A program made the position numbers and the translations under genes. Below the pieces are notes generated by a model, which saw nothing but the letters and a program-made list of their open reading frames with translations, made no database searches and was not told the DNA's origin. From NCBI GenBank assembly GCA_964521095.1, contig CAZFPJ010000001.1, positions 132,149 through 196,148 of the forward strand: a stretch of 64,000 nucleotides of DNA, written 5' to 3'. Source of the stretch: an uncultured Candidatus Saccharibacteria bacterium (GTDB lineage Bacteria; Patescibacteriota; Saccharimonadia; Saccharimonadales; 2-12-FULL-41-12). Below are positions 31,903-41,285 of the stretch, piece by piece (the first letter of the stretch is position 1; every line of letters begins with the position of its first letter).

Positions 31903-32586
31903 ATGTACAGCAAGCATGCTATTTTATGGGACTTAGACGGCACTCTCTTGCCTAGTAGACAGATCGCCTATGATGTTTGGAGCAGAGTGTTTTCGGAACT
32001 CAACATAACCATGCCAGACCAACAGATCTTTGCAGACGATTTCGGCATGCATCTGAGTAGCTTTATCGAAAAACATGCAGGGACTCAAGCCGACAGAGAA
32101 CTGCTTTTGAAAAATTTTCTAGAGTATCAGCTCGCTCACTACGACAACATCACTTTCTACGGTGGCTCGCACGAAGTCATTGGCAAATTCCATGCAAACG
32201 GGTTCAAACAAGCTGTCGTATCTAGCAGAGGACAGCAGGGTAGAGGCAAGGCCGGCACAAGATCAATCGTCGAAAGCTCTGTCATTGCGCCGTACATTAG
32301 CCACATCGTCTCGGGCGACGATGTCAACAACCACAAGCCACACCCAGAACCTTTATTGCTGGCGCTAAAAGGCCTCCAAGTCAAACCAGAGAATTCCATC
32401 ATGGTAGGAGACAATGTCGTCGATATTGTGGCGGGCAAACAAGCCGGCACATATACAATTGGAGTCAACCACGACCGCTCCCAAAACACTACAAACGCCA
32501 TGAAAGAGGCGGGGGTCGATGGCATAGCCTATAGCATGGATGAAATTTTTGCTATTGCAGACAGGCTCCTCCGAGCTCTAAACTAG
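31903..32586 (+). CDS. HAD-superfamily hydrolase
   Basis: ILWDLDGTL (motif I, DxDGT) lies near the N-terminus when the start is placed at the ATG at 31903. Later motifs are VGDNVVDIVAG and a GxxxD-type sequence. The annotated long N-terminal extension from 31666 is unlikely. Confidence 0.6.
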   Translation: MYSKHAILWDLDGTLLPSRQIAYDVWSRVFSELNITMPDQQIFADDFGMHLSSFIEKHAGTQADRELLLKNFLEYQLAHYDNITFYGGSHEVIGKFHANGFKQAVVSSRGQQGRGKAGTRSIVESSVIAPYISHIVSGDDVNNHKPHPEPLLLALKGLQVKPENSIMVGDNVVDIVAGKQAGTYTIGVNHDRSQNTTNAMKEAGVDGIAYSMDEIFAIADRLLRALN

Positions 32587-32592
32587 ATACAT

Positions 32593-33162
32593 ATGAGTTT
32601 GGACGATTTCAAAACCAAAGAGTCGGTTATAGTAGTTTATACCGGCGAAGGCAAGGGCAAGACTAGCGCCAGCTTAGGGTTAGTAGCTCGTGCGCTCGGC
32701 AGTCGCTGGAGCGTGGCATTTATCCAGTTCATCAAATATTGGGGAGTAGGGGAGCATGTATTCCTGCGTGACATCAGCAACTTGTACAAAGATCAGTTGC
32801 ACTTTTATAAGGGCGGTAAAGGCTTTTATAACGCCGGCGAGTTGAGTGCCCAAGAAATTAGCGAAGCAGACCACAAGAAAGCCGCCCAAGAAACTTTTGC
32901 CGAAGCTCTAAGTTGCGCCAGCAGTGGCAAATACGACCTGGTTATCTGCGACGAGATCAACAACGCTGTCCACGACGGACTCTTGACTGTAAAAGACCTA
33001 AAAGAGTTGCTCGCCAAACGCTCACCCAAGACCAGCCTATGTCTAACTGGCCGTAACTTTCCAAAAGAACTACTAAATGAGGTGGATATTGCCACAGACA
33101 TGACCAAAATCAAGCACCATTTTGATGACAAATTCCTTGCCAACCCCGGTATAGACTATTGA
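32593..33162 (+). CDS. ATP:cob(I)alamin adenosyltransferase (CobO/BtuR type)
   Basis: VVYTGEGKGKTSASLG resembles the CobA/CobO P-loop (TGNGKGKTTAAxG), and an ICDE motif follows. Confidence 0.55.
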   Translation: MSLDDFKTKESVIVVYTGEGKGKTSASLGLVARALGSRWSVAFIQFIKYWGVGEHVFLRDISNLYKDQLHFYKGGKGFYNAGELSAQEISEADHKKAAQETFAEALSCASSGKYDLVICDEINNAVHDGLLTVKDLKELLAKRSPKTSLCLTGRNFPKELLNEVDIATDMTKIKHHFDDKFLANPGIDY

Positions 33163-33196
33163 CATTACTCTAGTTTTTTGATATAATATATACTTT

Positions 33197-34099
33197 ATGT
33201 CAGAATTTATTACTGAACACGAACAAATTGCATTGCAAATGGAAGGCAAAGTAGACCCTATAGTCTTTGCGGGCATAACTGGCGAGGGGTACGACGAAAA
33301 GGGTGGCCTTAGCCACGACTCTGTCCACAGTAGTCCGTGTGGATCCAACCTCTTTAACGCCTTTACTCGTGCTTGTTATCGTCTACAAGAAAATCCAAAT
33401 GCAAACCTATCCTCAGAGGTAATTCGTCCGCCAGAACAACTAAGCACCCTAGGGTCATACTTAGTTAACTTGGTAAACGACACTCACACAAGAAACAAAC
33501 TATTGCCAAACAATTTTGTTAGCAAAAAAATCAACAAATTAGTCCTAAACGAGATAGATGGTTGTTGCGATGCCGAAGAAAACTTTATGAAAGCCTTGGG
33601 TCAGGAGAACGAGGGGGTACCCGAAGTGTACCCAGAACACAGGCTGTCCAAAAACAAAATCTACATCGATGACGATGGTCAACCCTTGCTTATCAGAAAA
33701 ACCTACGGCGAAAAAAACACACTGTCGCTACAAGATATTTCGATCAATGGAGTAGCCTTTCCAGCCGGAACTCTATTTATTTCGCGAGAGCGAGCGCTAG
33801 GGCATAACCACAGACAAGACAAACATTTAACCATAAAATCTCTCCGAGATATTTCGAGGCTGTCACCCATACGCCTCACAAAATATGCTTTGCCCACAGA
33901 AGAGCAAAATCTAGCAGTTACTAGAGAAGGTTTGTCGCCTGAGTTTTTGGCCCACTGTGGGCAAGACACTGTATTTAATCTTGAGGAACTAAAATCATAC
34001 CTTCCAGAACAAAGCGAGCTAAAAGAAATCGCTAGCAATTTTCCGCAGGCCAAGCAGTATAATAAATCTGCATGGGTTCCAATCTTAAGCTCGGTCTAA
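33197..34099 (+). CDS. hypothetical protein
   Basis: 300 aa with no recognisable motif. Its 3' end overlaps the nuclease gene. Confidence 0.35.
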   Translation: MSEFITEHEQIALQMEGKVDPIVFAGITGEGYDEKGGLSHDSVHSSPCGSNLFNAFTRACYRLQENPNANLSSEVIRPPEQLSTLGSYLVNLVNDTHTRNKLLPNNFVSKKINKLVLNEIDGCCDAEENFMKALGQENEGVPEVYPEHRLSKNKIYIDDDGQPLLIRKTYGEKNTLSLQDISINGVAFPAGTLFISRERALGHNHRQDKHLTIKSLRDISRLSPIRLTKYALPTEEQNLAVTREGLSPEFLAHCGQDTVFNLEELKSYLPEQSELKEIASNFPQAKQYNKSAWVPILSSV

Positions 34100-34677
34100 A
34101 AAGAAAGCCACGGTCGCTTGGTGCTGTTGTGTTGACTTTGCTGTTGGTGGTGGCGGTTTCATACTTGAGCAACAACTCTCAAAAAATAGAGCAGGGAAGC
34201 TCTGCTATCCAAAGCCAAAACCCTAGCACCTACACTGTCACAAAATTTTACGATGGCGACACAATTGCTATCAACATGAATGGATCAATTGAAAAAGTTC
34301 GCCTAATTGGCGTCGACACACCCGAGACTCATGACCCCCGTAAGGCCGTTCAATGCTTCGGCCAAGCTGGAGCAGACTTTACAAAAAATCTGATAGGCGA
34401 CCAAAAGCTTCGCCTAGAAGCCGACCCAATCAACCAAAATCGTGACCGCTACAACCGGCTACTGCGCTATGTGTATTTACCAGACGGCAGACTAGTTAAC
34501 GCCGAAATTATCAAGCAAGGCTATGGTTTTGCCTATCTTAGTTTTCCGTTTACAAAAAGCGATGAGTTCCGACAACTCCAAACCGAGGCCAGAGAGCAAA
34601 ATAGAGGGCTGTGGAACAGTTGTACCCCGTCACCCAACCAATACGGTGGCTTCACTAGCAACGATGTCACTCAATAG
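34072..34677 (+). CDS. secreted thermonuclease (staphylococcal nuclease/SNase-like)
   Basis: N-terminal signal/TM segment. KVRLIGVDTPETHDP...NRLLRYVYLPDGRLVNAEIIKQGYGFAY matches the SNase active-site region. Confidence 0.7.
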   Translation: MGSNLKLGLKRKPRSLGAVVLTLLLVVAVSYLSNNSQKIEQGSSAIQSQNPSTYTVTKFYDGDTIAINMNGSIEKVRLIGVDTPETHDPRKAVQCFGQAGADFTKNLIGDQKLRLEADPINQNRDRYNRLLRYVYLPDGRLVNAEIIKQGYGFAYLSFPFTKSDEFRQLQTEAREQNRGLWNSCTPSPNQYGGFTSNDVTQ

Positions 34678-35509
34678 GTTTAAGGCCAACCATTTTTTCA
34701 AAACTATAGATTAGAGCAACTACAAAATACAGCAAACCAAAAGGCAAAAGAACAATAAATAACGCCCACCTAGATACTGGATGCAGAGAGTCTTTTTGGG
34801 ACATCTCAAGACTACCAAGCGCCCCGTGCCTCTTAATTGTCCTGTGTTTTCTCTTTTCGTATTCTATAGCTTTTGGTAGATAGGCCAACCTTTCGCCATC
34901 TGTGTGTATTATTAGCTTTTTATCAAAAACTACTCTATCCCCAAGCGCTTTAATTAATATAGACAAGTCCTGATCTTCGTGGACCTCGGAGTCTTTTAGC
35001 GATGCCTTGCCCTTAATCTGAGCCCACATACCTTTGGTGATGACCATATTCGGGCCCCAAAGCACCTGATAGCCCAGAACCGAGTACATATGCCAAAAAT
35101 ATAATCGAGACCAAAAAACCGACCGCAAAGGCGTCAGATTGCTAAAAATATATGTCTTACCCGGACCTGTCAAAGCTACGGTATTTTGGCTACTCATCTT
35201 GGACAAAACCCTCTCCACCCAGTCTGGAGCAACTACAGAATCAGCGTCCAAACGAGCCAACAAATCACCCCTGGCTGTCTCGAAGCCTTTATTGCGAGCT
35301 GGTATCAACCCCTGTTTTTTCTCGTGCAACAGAGTAACAAACGGATAACTCTTGGCAATTTCACAGGTACGGTCTGTAGAATTATTATCAACCACTAGCA
35401 CTTCGGTGGGTGCAGTTTTTTGGCCAGCAATAGCGTCAAGACAAGCAGGCAAGTGGCTTTCTTCGTTGTAAACTGGTATGATAATCGAAAGCGTAAGCGG
35501 TTTATTCAT
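34667..35509 (-). CDS. family 2 glycosyltransferase
   Basis: LSIIIPVYNEESHLPACLDAIAGQ...VLVVDNNSTDRT ... D-x-D is the GT-A signature. The start was chosen at the ATG at 35509 (MNKPLTLSIIIP). Confidence 0.7.
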   Translation of the reverse strand: MNKPLTLSIIIPVYNEESHLPACLDAIAGQKTAPTEVLVVDNNSTDRTCEIAKSYPFVTLLHEKKQGLIPARNKGFETARGDLLARLDADSVVAPDWVERVLSKMSSQNTVALTGPGKTYIFSNLTPLRSVFWSRLYFWHMYSVLGYQVLWGPNMVITKGMWAQIKGKASLKDSEVHEDQDLSILIKALGDRVVFDKKLIIHTDGERLAYLPKAIEYEKRKHRTIKRHGALGSLEMSQKDSLHPVSRWALFIVLLPFGLLYFVVALIYSFEKMVGLKPIE

Positions 35510-35534
35510 AAATATATACCTAAAATCATAGCAG

Positions 35535-36677
35535 ATGGGCACCAACAAAAAAATCAACTCCAGAGGGCGAAAGAAGAAAAAACAAAGCACAAAGAGCCGT
35601 TTTGTCGGCTTGGTTTGGGGCAATCGTAATTGGCTCTTCAGAGTCACTTCAATTATTGTCATTATTTGTAGCATCATTTTTGCAGGGAGCTATGGTTTGG
35701 CCCATTGGTACCAGCAAAAACATGCCAAAGAACCCCTTGTAGTTGGCACGACTTTTATCCCTCGTTACGCTCGCTATTTTGGACTTGATCCAAAAGAAAC
35801 CCTCCATGCGATTATCTACGACCTAGGTATCAAGAAACTCCGTTTAACTAGCTACTGGAAAGACATCGAACCAACCCCAGGCACCTACAATTTTTCTGAT
35901 CTAGACTGGCAATTCAAAATGGCCGAAGAGTCTGGCACTAAAATTAACCTATCTGTAGGGTTGCGCCAACCCCGCTGGCCAGAGTGCCACGCCCCAGACT
36001 GGGCAATTAACCAACCCAAGGAGCTCTGGTACCCCGAGCTTAAAAAAGCTATGACCGCCGTTGTGGAAAGATACAAAAATAGCCCAGCGCTAGTTAGCTA
36101 CCAAGTAGAAAACGAATATTTTATGGAAGTATTTGGCGAGTGCCCAGACTTTGACCGCAATCGCCTTATCGAAGAAACCGCACTAGTCAGAAAGCTGGAC
36201 CCAAACAAACCAATCGTCATCACCAGAAGTAACAATTGGGGCGGATTCCCCCTAGGACAACCAACCCCCGATGTCTATGGTGTTGCCGTGTATAAACGGG
36301 TTTATGACTACAATATCACTCACCGATATTTTGAATATCCGTATCCACCCTGGTTTTATGCAACTCTAGCCGGAGCAGGCGAGTTAGCCAAAGGCAAGCC
36401 ACTAGTCATCCACGAACTCCAAACCGAACCCTGGATGCCAGACGGTTACGAGATAAACAAGATATCCGACATACCCGAACAAAACAAATCCATGAACGCC
36501 GACCGCCTACGCAAACGCATCCAATACGGAGAAGAGTCTGGCCTACGGAGTATGGATACCTGGGGAGCCGAGTGGTGGTACTGGCGCAAAGTCAAAGCAG
36601 GTGACCCTAGTCTTTGGAATGTAGCCAGAGAGGAAATTGGCAGAATCAACAAAGAGAATTCCACCAAACTGAATTAA
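35535..36677 (+). CDS. putative glycoside hydrolase (TIM-barrel, GH5/GH113-like), membrane anchored
   Basis: N-terminal basic segment plus TM helix, then ...ENEYF... and HELQTEPW with candidate catalytic Glu residues. Family assignment is tentative. Confidence 0.4.
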   Translation: MGTNKKINSRGRKKKKQSTKSRFVGLVWGNRNWLFRVTSIIVIICSIIFAGSYGLAHWYQQKHAKEPLVVGTTFIPRYARYFGLDPKETLHAIIYDLGIKKLRLTSYWKDIEPTPGTYNFSDLDWQFKMAEESGTKINLSVGLRQPRWPECHAPDWAINQPKELWYPELKKAMTAVVERYKNSPALVSYQVENEYFMEVFGECPDFDRNRLIEETALVRKLDPNKPIVITRSNNWGGFPLGQPTPDVYGVAVYKRVYDYNITHRYFEYPYPPWFYATLAGAGELAKGKPLVIHELQTEPWMPDGYEINKISDIPEQNKSMNADRLRKRIQYGEESGLRSMDTWGAEWWYWRKVKAGDPSLWNVAREEIGRINKENSTKLN

Positions 36678-36732
36678 ACTATTCCATAATATATTGTTAT
36701 TTTTTGCAATATCCGTCATACTCTAAGGTGTT

Positions 36733-37191
36733 ATGGTCAAGAAAAAGCCCACTACCAAAAAAATCCAAAATCGCCGAGCCCGGTTTGACTACCAGCTGGG
36801 TGATGAGCTAATTGCCGGACTTTCGCTGTCTGGCAGAGAGACCAAATCTCTTAGGCTGGGGCATGGCCATTTGCGCGGAGCTTTCGTAGTTTTTAAAGAC
36901 AATGAGCTTTGGCTGACAAACGCTACTATCACCGGTTTTGCTGGCGCACAAATAACAGAGACCGAACAAGTTAGAAACCGCAAACTCCTGGTCAAAAAAC
37001 GCGAGCTAAAGGCACTATTAGAGGCCAAAAAACAAGGTAAAAGCTTGGTGCCTATAGAGCTGTTAACAGGCGGGCGTTATATCAAGCTCAAAATAGCGGT
37101 AGGAACCGGCAAAAAACGCTATGACAAACGCCAAACAATCCAAAAAAGAGACCAAGAAAGGTCGAACTTGCGAGAGCTCAAAGACGCGTAG
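36733..37191 (+). CDS. smpB: SsrA-binding protein
   Basis: IQNRRARFDY...GHGHLRGAFVVFKDNELWLTNATI is the SmpB signature. Confidence 0.85.
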   Translation: MVKKKPTTKKIQNRRARFDYQLGDELIAGLSLSGRETKSLRLGHGHLRGAFVVFKDNELWLTNATITGFAGAQITETEQVRNRKLLVKKRELKALLEAKKQGKSLVPIELLTGGRYIKLKIAVGTGKKRYDKRQTIQKRDQERSNLRELKDA

Positions 37192-37251
37192 TATTTACAG
37201 ATACAGGCTTAATCGTTTAGAATAATCAGGTTAGCTTTCAAAAAACAATAA

Positions 37252-37326
37252 TCCCGGGTAGCTCAATGGTGGAGCAAGAAGCTGTTAACTTCGAGGCTGT
37301 CGGTTCGAATCCGACCCCGGGAGCCA
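37252..37326 (+). tRNA. tRNA-Asn (anticodon GTT)
   Basis: 75-nt cloverleaf with acceptor TCCCGGG/CCCGGGA, anticodon loop CTGTTAA, T-arm GTCGG-TTCGAAT-CCGAC and 3' GCCA. Confidence 0.8.
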
Positions 37327-37344
37327 GACCAAGCACTAACAGAG

Positions 37345-37382
37345 GTAGACCGGTTTCCTAGACCGGTCTTTTCTCTTTTTTG
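37345..37382 (+). terminator. rho-independent terminator after tRNA-Asn
   Basis: Stem AGACCGG/CCGGTCT with a 9-nt loop, followed by TTTCTCTTTTTT. Confidence 0.5.
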
Positions 37383-37612
37383 GACTTACCCCTTATCTGT
37401 TAGCTGGTTCGAGTCCGGCTTCCCTATATTCATAAACGATAGTCTTGTTGTTGGAACCGTCAAAAGGATCGAAGGTTGTCGACTTACTCCTGTAAATTGG
37501 TTCTATAAGTGACCGTAAAGCCCCATAGTAATCAAGTGGCGAGAAAGGAGACCGGGTTCCTGGACCGATGACTGATTAGATATCTCTAATTATAATATAA
37601 ACAAGGTAGCGG

Positions 37613-38371
37613 TTAATTTAACGCTTGTCTAATGCTACTGTTTTTGTCGAATTTATAATCGTACCCACGAATAAGTACGGCAGGTTTATTTGTGCCGCGC
37701 TGACCCATGATTAATGCAGCTGATGCAGCGAGCATGTCGCATACGGTCTCTTCGCTTACTTTTGGTTTTCCAGTCTCATCAATTGTTTCTGTAGATCGAA
37801 TCGGGGGTAGCCCATATATTCCGATTGCAATTTGTGTCGCGCCCTTTTTGTCTATACGCCCGTCGCTATCGGTTATGATTACGCCCACATTTATGCCAGT
37901 TGCTTCCAGAATAGTTTTTCCAATTACTCGAGCGCTCGCATCTGCATCTTCTGGAAGCAAGATAACCTCTTCAGGCCCATTTTTGTCTACTCCGGAACTC
38001 GTCAAGCGCAAACCATTAGGAAGCCACCCAGCGATATAGTTGTCGCCCAAATCAATCCGGCTGCCGTCAGGTGCACCTGTTTCATCAATGATAACTTGTA
38101 CGGCACGAGGGTCCTTACGGGGTACTTTTTGGTGAATTTGTTCAGCAATCTCACTGACCTCAACCTCGGATAAGTTCTTGAATCTGCCTTCAGCGATCGA
38201 AACTGCCTTTGAGGCTACACATACGATATCGTTTTCTTGAAAATCTATTCCCGCTTGTTGTGCTGCTTCAACCAATATTTGTCCCACATTATCATCCTGC
38301 TCTATGTACGGTATATTCGGTATTGCTTCTAGCTGGATGCGCTCACTCATAATCAACTCCTGCTGCTTCAA
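37613..38371 (-). CDS. CofE-like protein (F420-0:gamma-glutamyl ligase family fold)
   Basis: 252 aa. VCVASKAVS...GVIITDSDGR resembles the CofE/FbiB N-terminal domain core. Function in this organism is unknown. Confidence 0.45.
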   Translation of the reverse strand: MKQQELIMSERIQLEAIPNIPYIEQDDNVGQILVEAAQQAGIDFQENDIVCVASKAVSIAEGRFKNLSEVEVSEIAEQIHQKVPRKDPRAVQVIIDETGAPDGSRIDLGDNYIAGWLPNGLRLTSSGVDKNGPEEVILLPEDADASARVIGKTILEATGINVGVIITDSDGRIDKKGATQIAIGIYGLPPIRSTETIDETGKPKVSEETVCDMLAASAALIMGQRGTNKPAVLIRGYDYKFDKNSSIRQALN

Positions 38372-38532
38372 GTATGTTTCTGGTACCTATTATAGATGCA
38401 ATTGATGATTCAACCTTATTATTTGTTGCGCGTCACAACTTATTTAAGCGATAATACCGATGCAGAAAGTGCAAAAAAAGACATACTGAATCAAGCAAAT
38501 ATTATTACTGAGGTCTTTCAGGCAAGAGCATT

Positions 38533-39084
38533 ATGAAACTACTATTAACCCGTCATGGCAAAACAAAAGAAAATATCGCCGGGATTGTGCTAGGTCAAAA
38601 CCCAGGAGAGCTTAGTGACGAGGGGATTGCTAAAGCACTAGAGCTGAAAGAAAAGCTGAAAGAATACCATATTGATGCGGTCTACTCTTCAGACTTAAAG
38701 CGGTGCATTGACACATCAAAACTTCTTACGGCCAATACAAATATCGATATTAAGCTCGAGCCTCGTTATAGAGAAATCAACTTTGGCCACTACCAAGGAA
38801 GGCCATATAGTGCGGTAAAAGGCGACTTCATAACTCAAATGGATCTTGCCTTTCCGGGTGGCGAATCGAACAATCAACTTATAAAAAGAGTTATCGATGC
38901 GACGAATGAGCTGTTAAAAAATCATAAAGATCAGACTGTGCTAGTCGTAACCCATTCTGGCCCTATTTCAGTCATAAACGCAGCGGTGAAGCAAACTACT
39001 TTTAGTGAAGAGATAGACAATAAAGCAGACCATAACGATATCATCGAAATAGAGCTAATTAATCCACTTGAATATCCTCGGTAA
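38533..39084 (+). CDS. histidine phosphatase family protein (phosphoglycerate mutase-like)
   Basis: LLLTRHGKT (RHG catalytic motif), 183 aa. Confidence 0.65.
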   Translation: MKLLLTRHGKTKENIAGIVLGQNPGELSDEGIAKALELKEKLKEYHIDAVYSSDLKRCIDTSKLLTANTNIDIKLEPRYREINFGHYQGRPYSAVKGDFITQMDLAFPGGESNNQLIKRVIDATNELLKNHKDQTVLVVTHSGPISVINAAVKQTTFSEEIDNKADHNDIIEIELINPLEYPR

Positions 39085-39107
39085 CGAAAAATTTGAATAG
39101 TACCAGC

Positions 39108-39509
39108 CTAGCAAAATTTTTCTATAATAACGTCCACATCTTTCATTAAGTTTGGGAGTTGGAGTGCCTTGCCGGGGGTAATCCACTGAAAGTCTATGTG
39201 TTCACGCGGGCTGAGAGTGATGTTGGGCTTTTCCTGGAATGAGGAGACAAAAATAGGAAAATCTACGATAAATGTATCGTATTCGATTGGAAGCAATCCT
39301 AGGTAATCCAGAGACTCCGTATCTAATTTAATACCTGTCTCTTCGAATACTTCTCTAGCTGCAGCTTGCAGGTCGGACTCGTCCTTTTCAACTTTCCCGG
39401 CTGGAATACCCCAAAGTGATGGATCTGTTTCTGTTTCCGAACGATACAGTAGCAAGATCTCATCACCATTCCTTAATATGCATCCCACGACACGTATTCT
39501 ATTCTTCAT
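39108..39509 (-). CDS. NUDIX hydrolase
   Basis: The Nudix box GIPAGKVEKDESDLQAAAREVFEETGI is present. Confidence 0.7.
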   Translation of the reverse strand: MKNRIRVVGCILRNGDEILLLYRSETETDPSLWGIPAGKVEKDESDLQAAAREVFEETGIKLDTESLDYLGLLPIEYDTFIVDFPIFVSSFQEKPNITLSPREHIDFQWITPGKALQLPNLMKDVDVIIEKFC

Positions 39510-39612
39510 AACCTAAGTATATTTGACAGTCTCTACTATTCATAATAAAAGTTCTTTTATTCTTCTTAGGTGTAAGCTAAAGTAAAGCGAGCCTGAAATA
39601 GGGTGGTAGCTA

Positions 39613-39642
39613 CTGCTGGTTCGAATCCAGTCGCCGGAGCCA
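39613..39642 (+). other. tRNA 3'-end fragment (T-arm, acceptor and CCA) with no 5' half
   Basis: CTGGTTCGAATCCAGTCGCCGGAGCCA is present, but no complementary 5' acceptor was found upstream. It looks like a tRNA remnant. Confidence 0.3.
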
Positions 39643-39795
39643 TAAAAAATCCGTAGCCTTTTAGGTTGCGGTTTTTTTATTTCTAGGTCGGGTTCGAGAC
39701 TATAGCCCTGACAGCTTGCTGACGGTAGGCTGTTGGTTCGGTCATTAGTATGTTGCCCGAGATAATTTCTCGGCGCATTAGACTAATGTGCGTTT

Positions 39796-39813
39796 ATCCG
39801 ACCCCGGGAGCCA
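39796..39813 (+). repeat. direct repeat of the tRNA-Asn 3' end
   Basis: ATCCGACCCCGGGAGCCA matches 37309-37326. Confidence 0.7.
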
Positions 39814-39848
39814 ATTTTGAACTTTTCTAGATTATCTAGCAAGCATTC

Positions 39849-40313
39849 ATGTTGGTTAGATTTGCTATAATCATGTATGTGAAAAACAAATCACTTTCAG
39901 CACTAGAGTTCCTTGTGGGAGAATACGAATATACTCTTTACAATGCATGGTTTCTTGATAGCATGGACACCAAAGTTAAAGGATACGCGGAGATTGAGCG
40001 ACTGCATGATGCGTTTATAGTTATGCGTAGCACTGATGCCGATAAAAAACCTGATGATGTTTGGGTAATTGGATACAGCGATCCTCAGCAAAGATATCAG
40101 GCATTTTCCTATGACCAACGAGGAATAGCTCGTATCTTTGATGTTAATTTTGAAGGCAAAAAGCTAGTATTTTCGCGTGAGGACGAAGATTTCTATCAAA
40201 AAATTACGATAGATGCTACGGATAAGGGCTTGCATTTTACGCCTGAAGCCTCAGAAGATAGAGGTAAAACTTGGCGCAAAGATTTCGATATGAGATACAT
40301 CAGAGTTAAGTAA
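39849..40313 (+). CDS. hypothetical protein
   Basis: 154 aa with no motif recognised. Confidence 0.3.
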   Translation: MLVRFAIIMYVKNKSLSALEFLVGEYEYTLYNAWFLDSMDTKVKGYAEIERLHDAFIVMRSTDADKKPDDVWVIGYSDPQQRYQAFSYDQRGIARIFDVNFEGKKLVFSREDEDFYQKITIDATDKGLHFTPEASEDRGKTWRKDFDMRYIRVK

Positions 40314-40417
40314 TAGCCGTAACATCAGTCCGCGACCTGTTATGTTAAGCCATGGAAATGCTTCAACACAAAAAACTGGAAGAATCACCGCAAATAGTGT
40401 AACTTTTGGACAAAAGG

Positions 40418-40426
40418 TGCTATAAT
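40418..40426 (+). promoter_or_regulatory. extended -10 promoter (TGcTATAAT) upstream of the RRM protein gene
   Basis: TGCTATAAT lies at 40418-40426. It would give a ~125-nt 5' UTR. Confidence 0.35.
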
Positions 40427-40555
40427 ATGCGCAAGCAAGTGGTTACTATTGCCTCTCCGTTGTTATTGTTAGTTTTATGCTAGATACTATCGCGAGCAGA
40501 AATAATGAACGCAAGCGGTAAAATATAAGGAAAGGAATATTAACTAATTATGTCA

Positions 40556-40855
40556 ATGAAACTATATGTAGGTGGCCTACCTTACAGCGCTACCGAGCAA
40601 GAGCTAAACGACTTCTTTGCTGCAGAAGGCAAAGTAGTAAGCGCAGTCATCATTAACGACAAGTTCAGTGGTAAGTCTAAAGGATTCGGCTTTGTTGAGT
40701 TCGAAGACGCTACAGAAGGTAAGAATGCTGTCAACAATTTGAACGGCAAAGACTTTGGTGGACGATCTATCACTGTTAACGAAGCTCGACCACGCGAAGA
40801 ACGACGCCCAGGTGGCGACCGTAACTTTGGTGGCAACAGCCGACCTCGTTACTAA
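40556..40855 (+). CDS. glycine-rich RNA-binding protein (RRM domain)
   Basis: RNP-2 LYVGGL and RNP-1 KGFGFVEF, with a Gly/Arg-rich tail. Confidence 0.8.
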   Translation: MKLYVGGLPYSATEQELNDFFAAEGKVVSAVIINDKFSGKSKGFGFVEFEDATEGKNAVNNLNGKDFGGRSITVNEARPREERRPGGDRNFGGNSRPRY

Positions 40856-40891
40856 ACGAACGAACTGTTCAACCGCAAAAAGCCTCGCAAC

Positions 40892-41227
40892 CTAAAGCGA
40901 GGCTTTTTCTATTTCTGCAATTATATGGCTCTTTGGTACAGCACCAATGACTGTACTTTTTATCTCTCCATCCGCAAAGATTATCATATTAGGAATACTT
41001 TGCACCTGATACTCTTCGGCTAATTTATGGTTGTCTATACTGCCTTCGACATCTATCTTTACTATGTCTACGATATCGTCGTGTTTTTGACCTAGCTCAT
41101 GCAAAACTGGCGCCATAGCATGGCAGGGCGGGCACCACTCGGCCCAAAAGTCTACCAAAACAGTCTTTTTATTCTTTAAAACTCTCTCTTCAAACTCATC
41201 TCTGCTAGAAATATTACATAAAGCCAT
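40892..41227 (-). CDS. trxA: thioredoxin (WCPPC active site)
   Basis: FWAEWCPPCHAMAP, 111 aa. Confidence 0.75.
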   Translation of the reverse strand: MALCNISSRDEFEERVLKNKKTVLVDFWAEWCPPCHAMAPVLHELGQKHDDIVDIVKIDVEGSIDNHKLAEEYQVQSIPNMIIFADGEIKSTVIGAVPKSHIIAEIEKASL

Positions 41228-41285
41228 GAGATATATTATAAGCCCTAAAGACCGGTCTACGCCAAATACATGGTAAGCTTGTGTT

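Noticed and set aside
37327-37612. Possible tmRNA (ssrA) next to smpB, given tRNA-like T-arm fragments in this intergenic region
   Set aside because: There is no GGGG... 5' acceptor half and no complementary acceptor pairing. No tag-peptide reading frame ends in ...AA-stop. The tRNA-like pieces are short and better explained as integration scars at tRNA-Asn.
39643-39680. Terminator-like hairpin CCGTAGCC-TTTTAG-GTTGCGG followed by a T-run
   Set aside because: The stem requires several G-U and mismatched pairs. It was kept only as a possible weak terminator and not listed as a feature.
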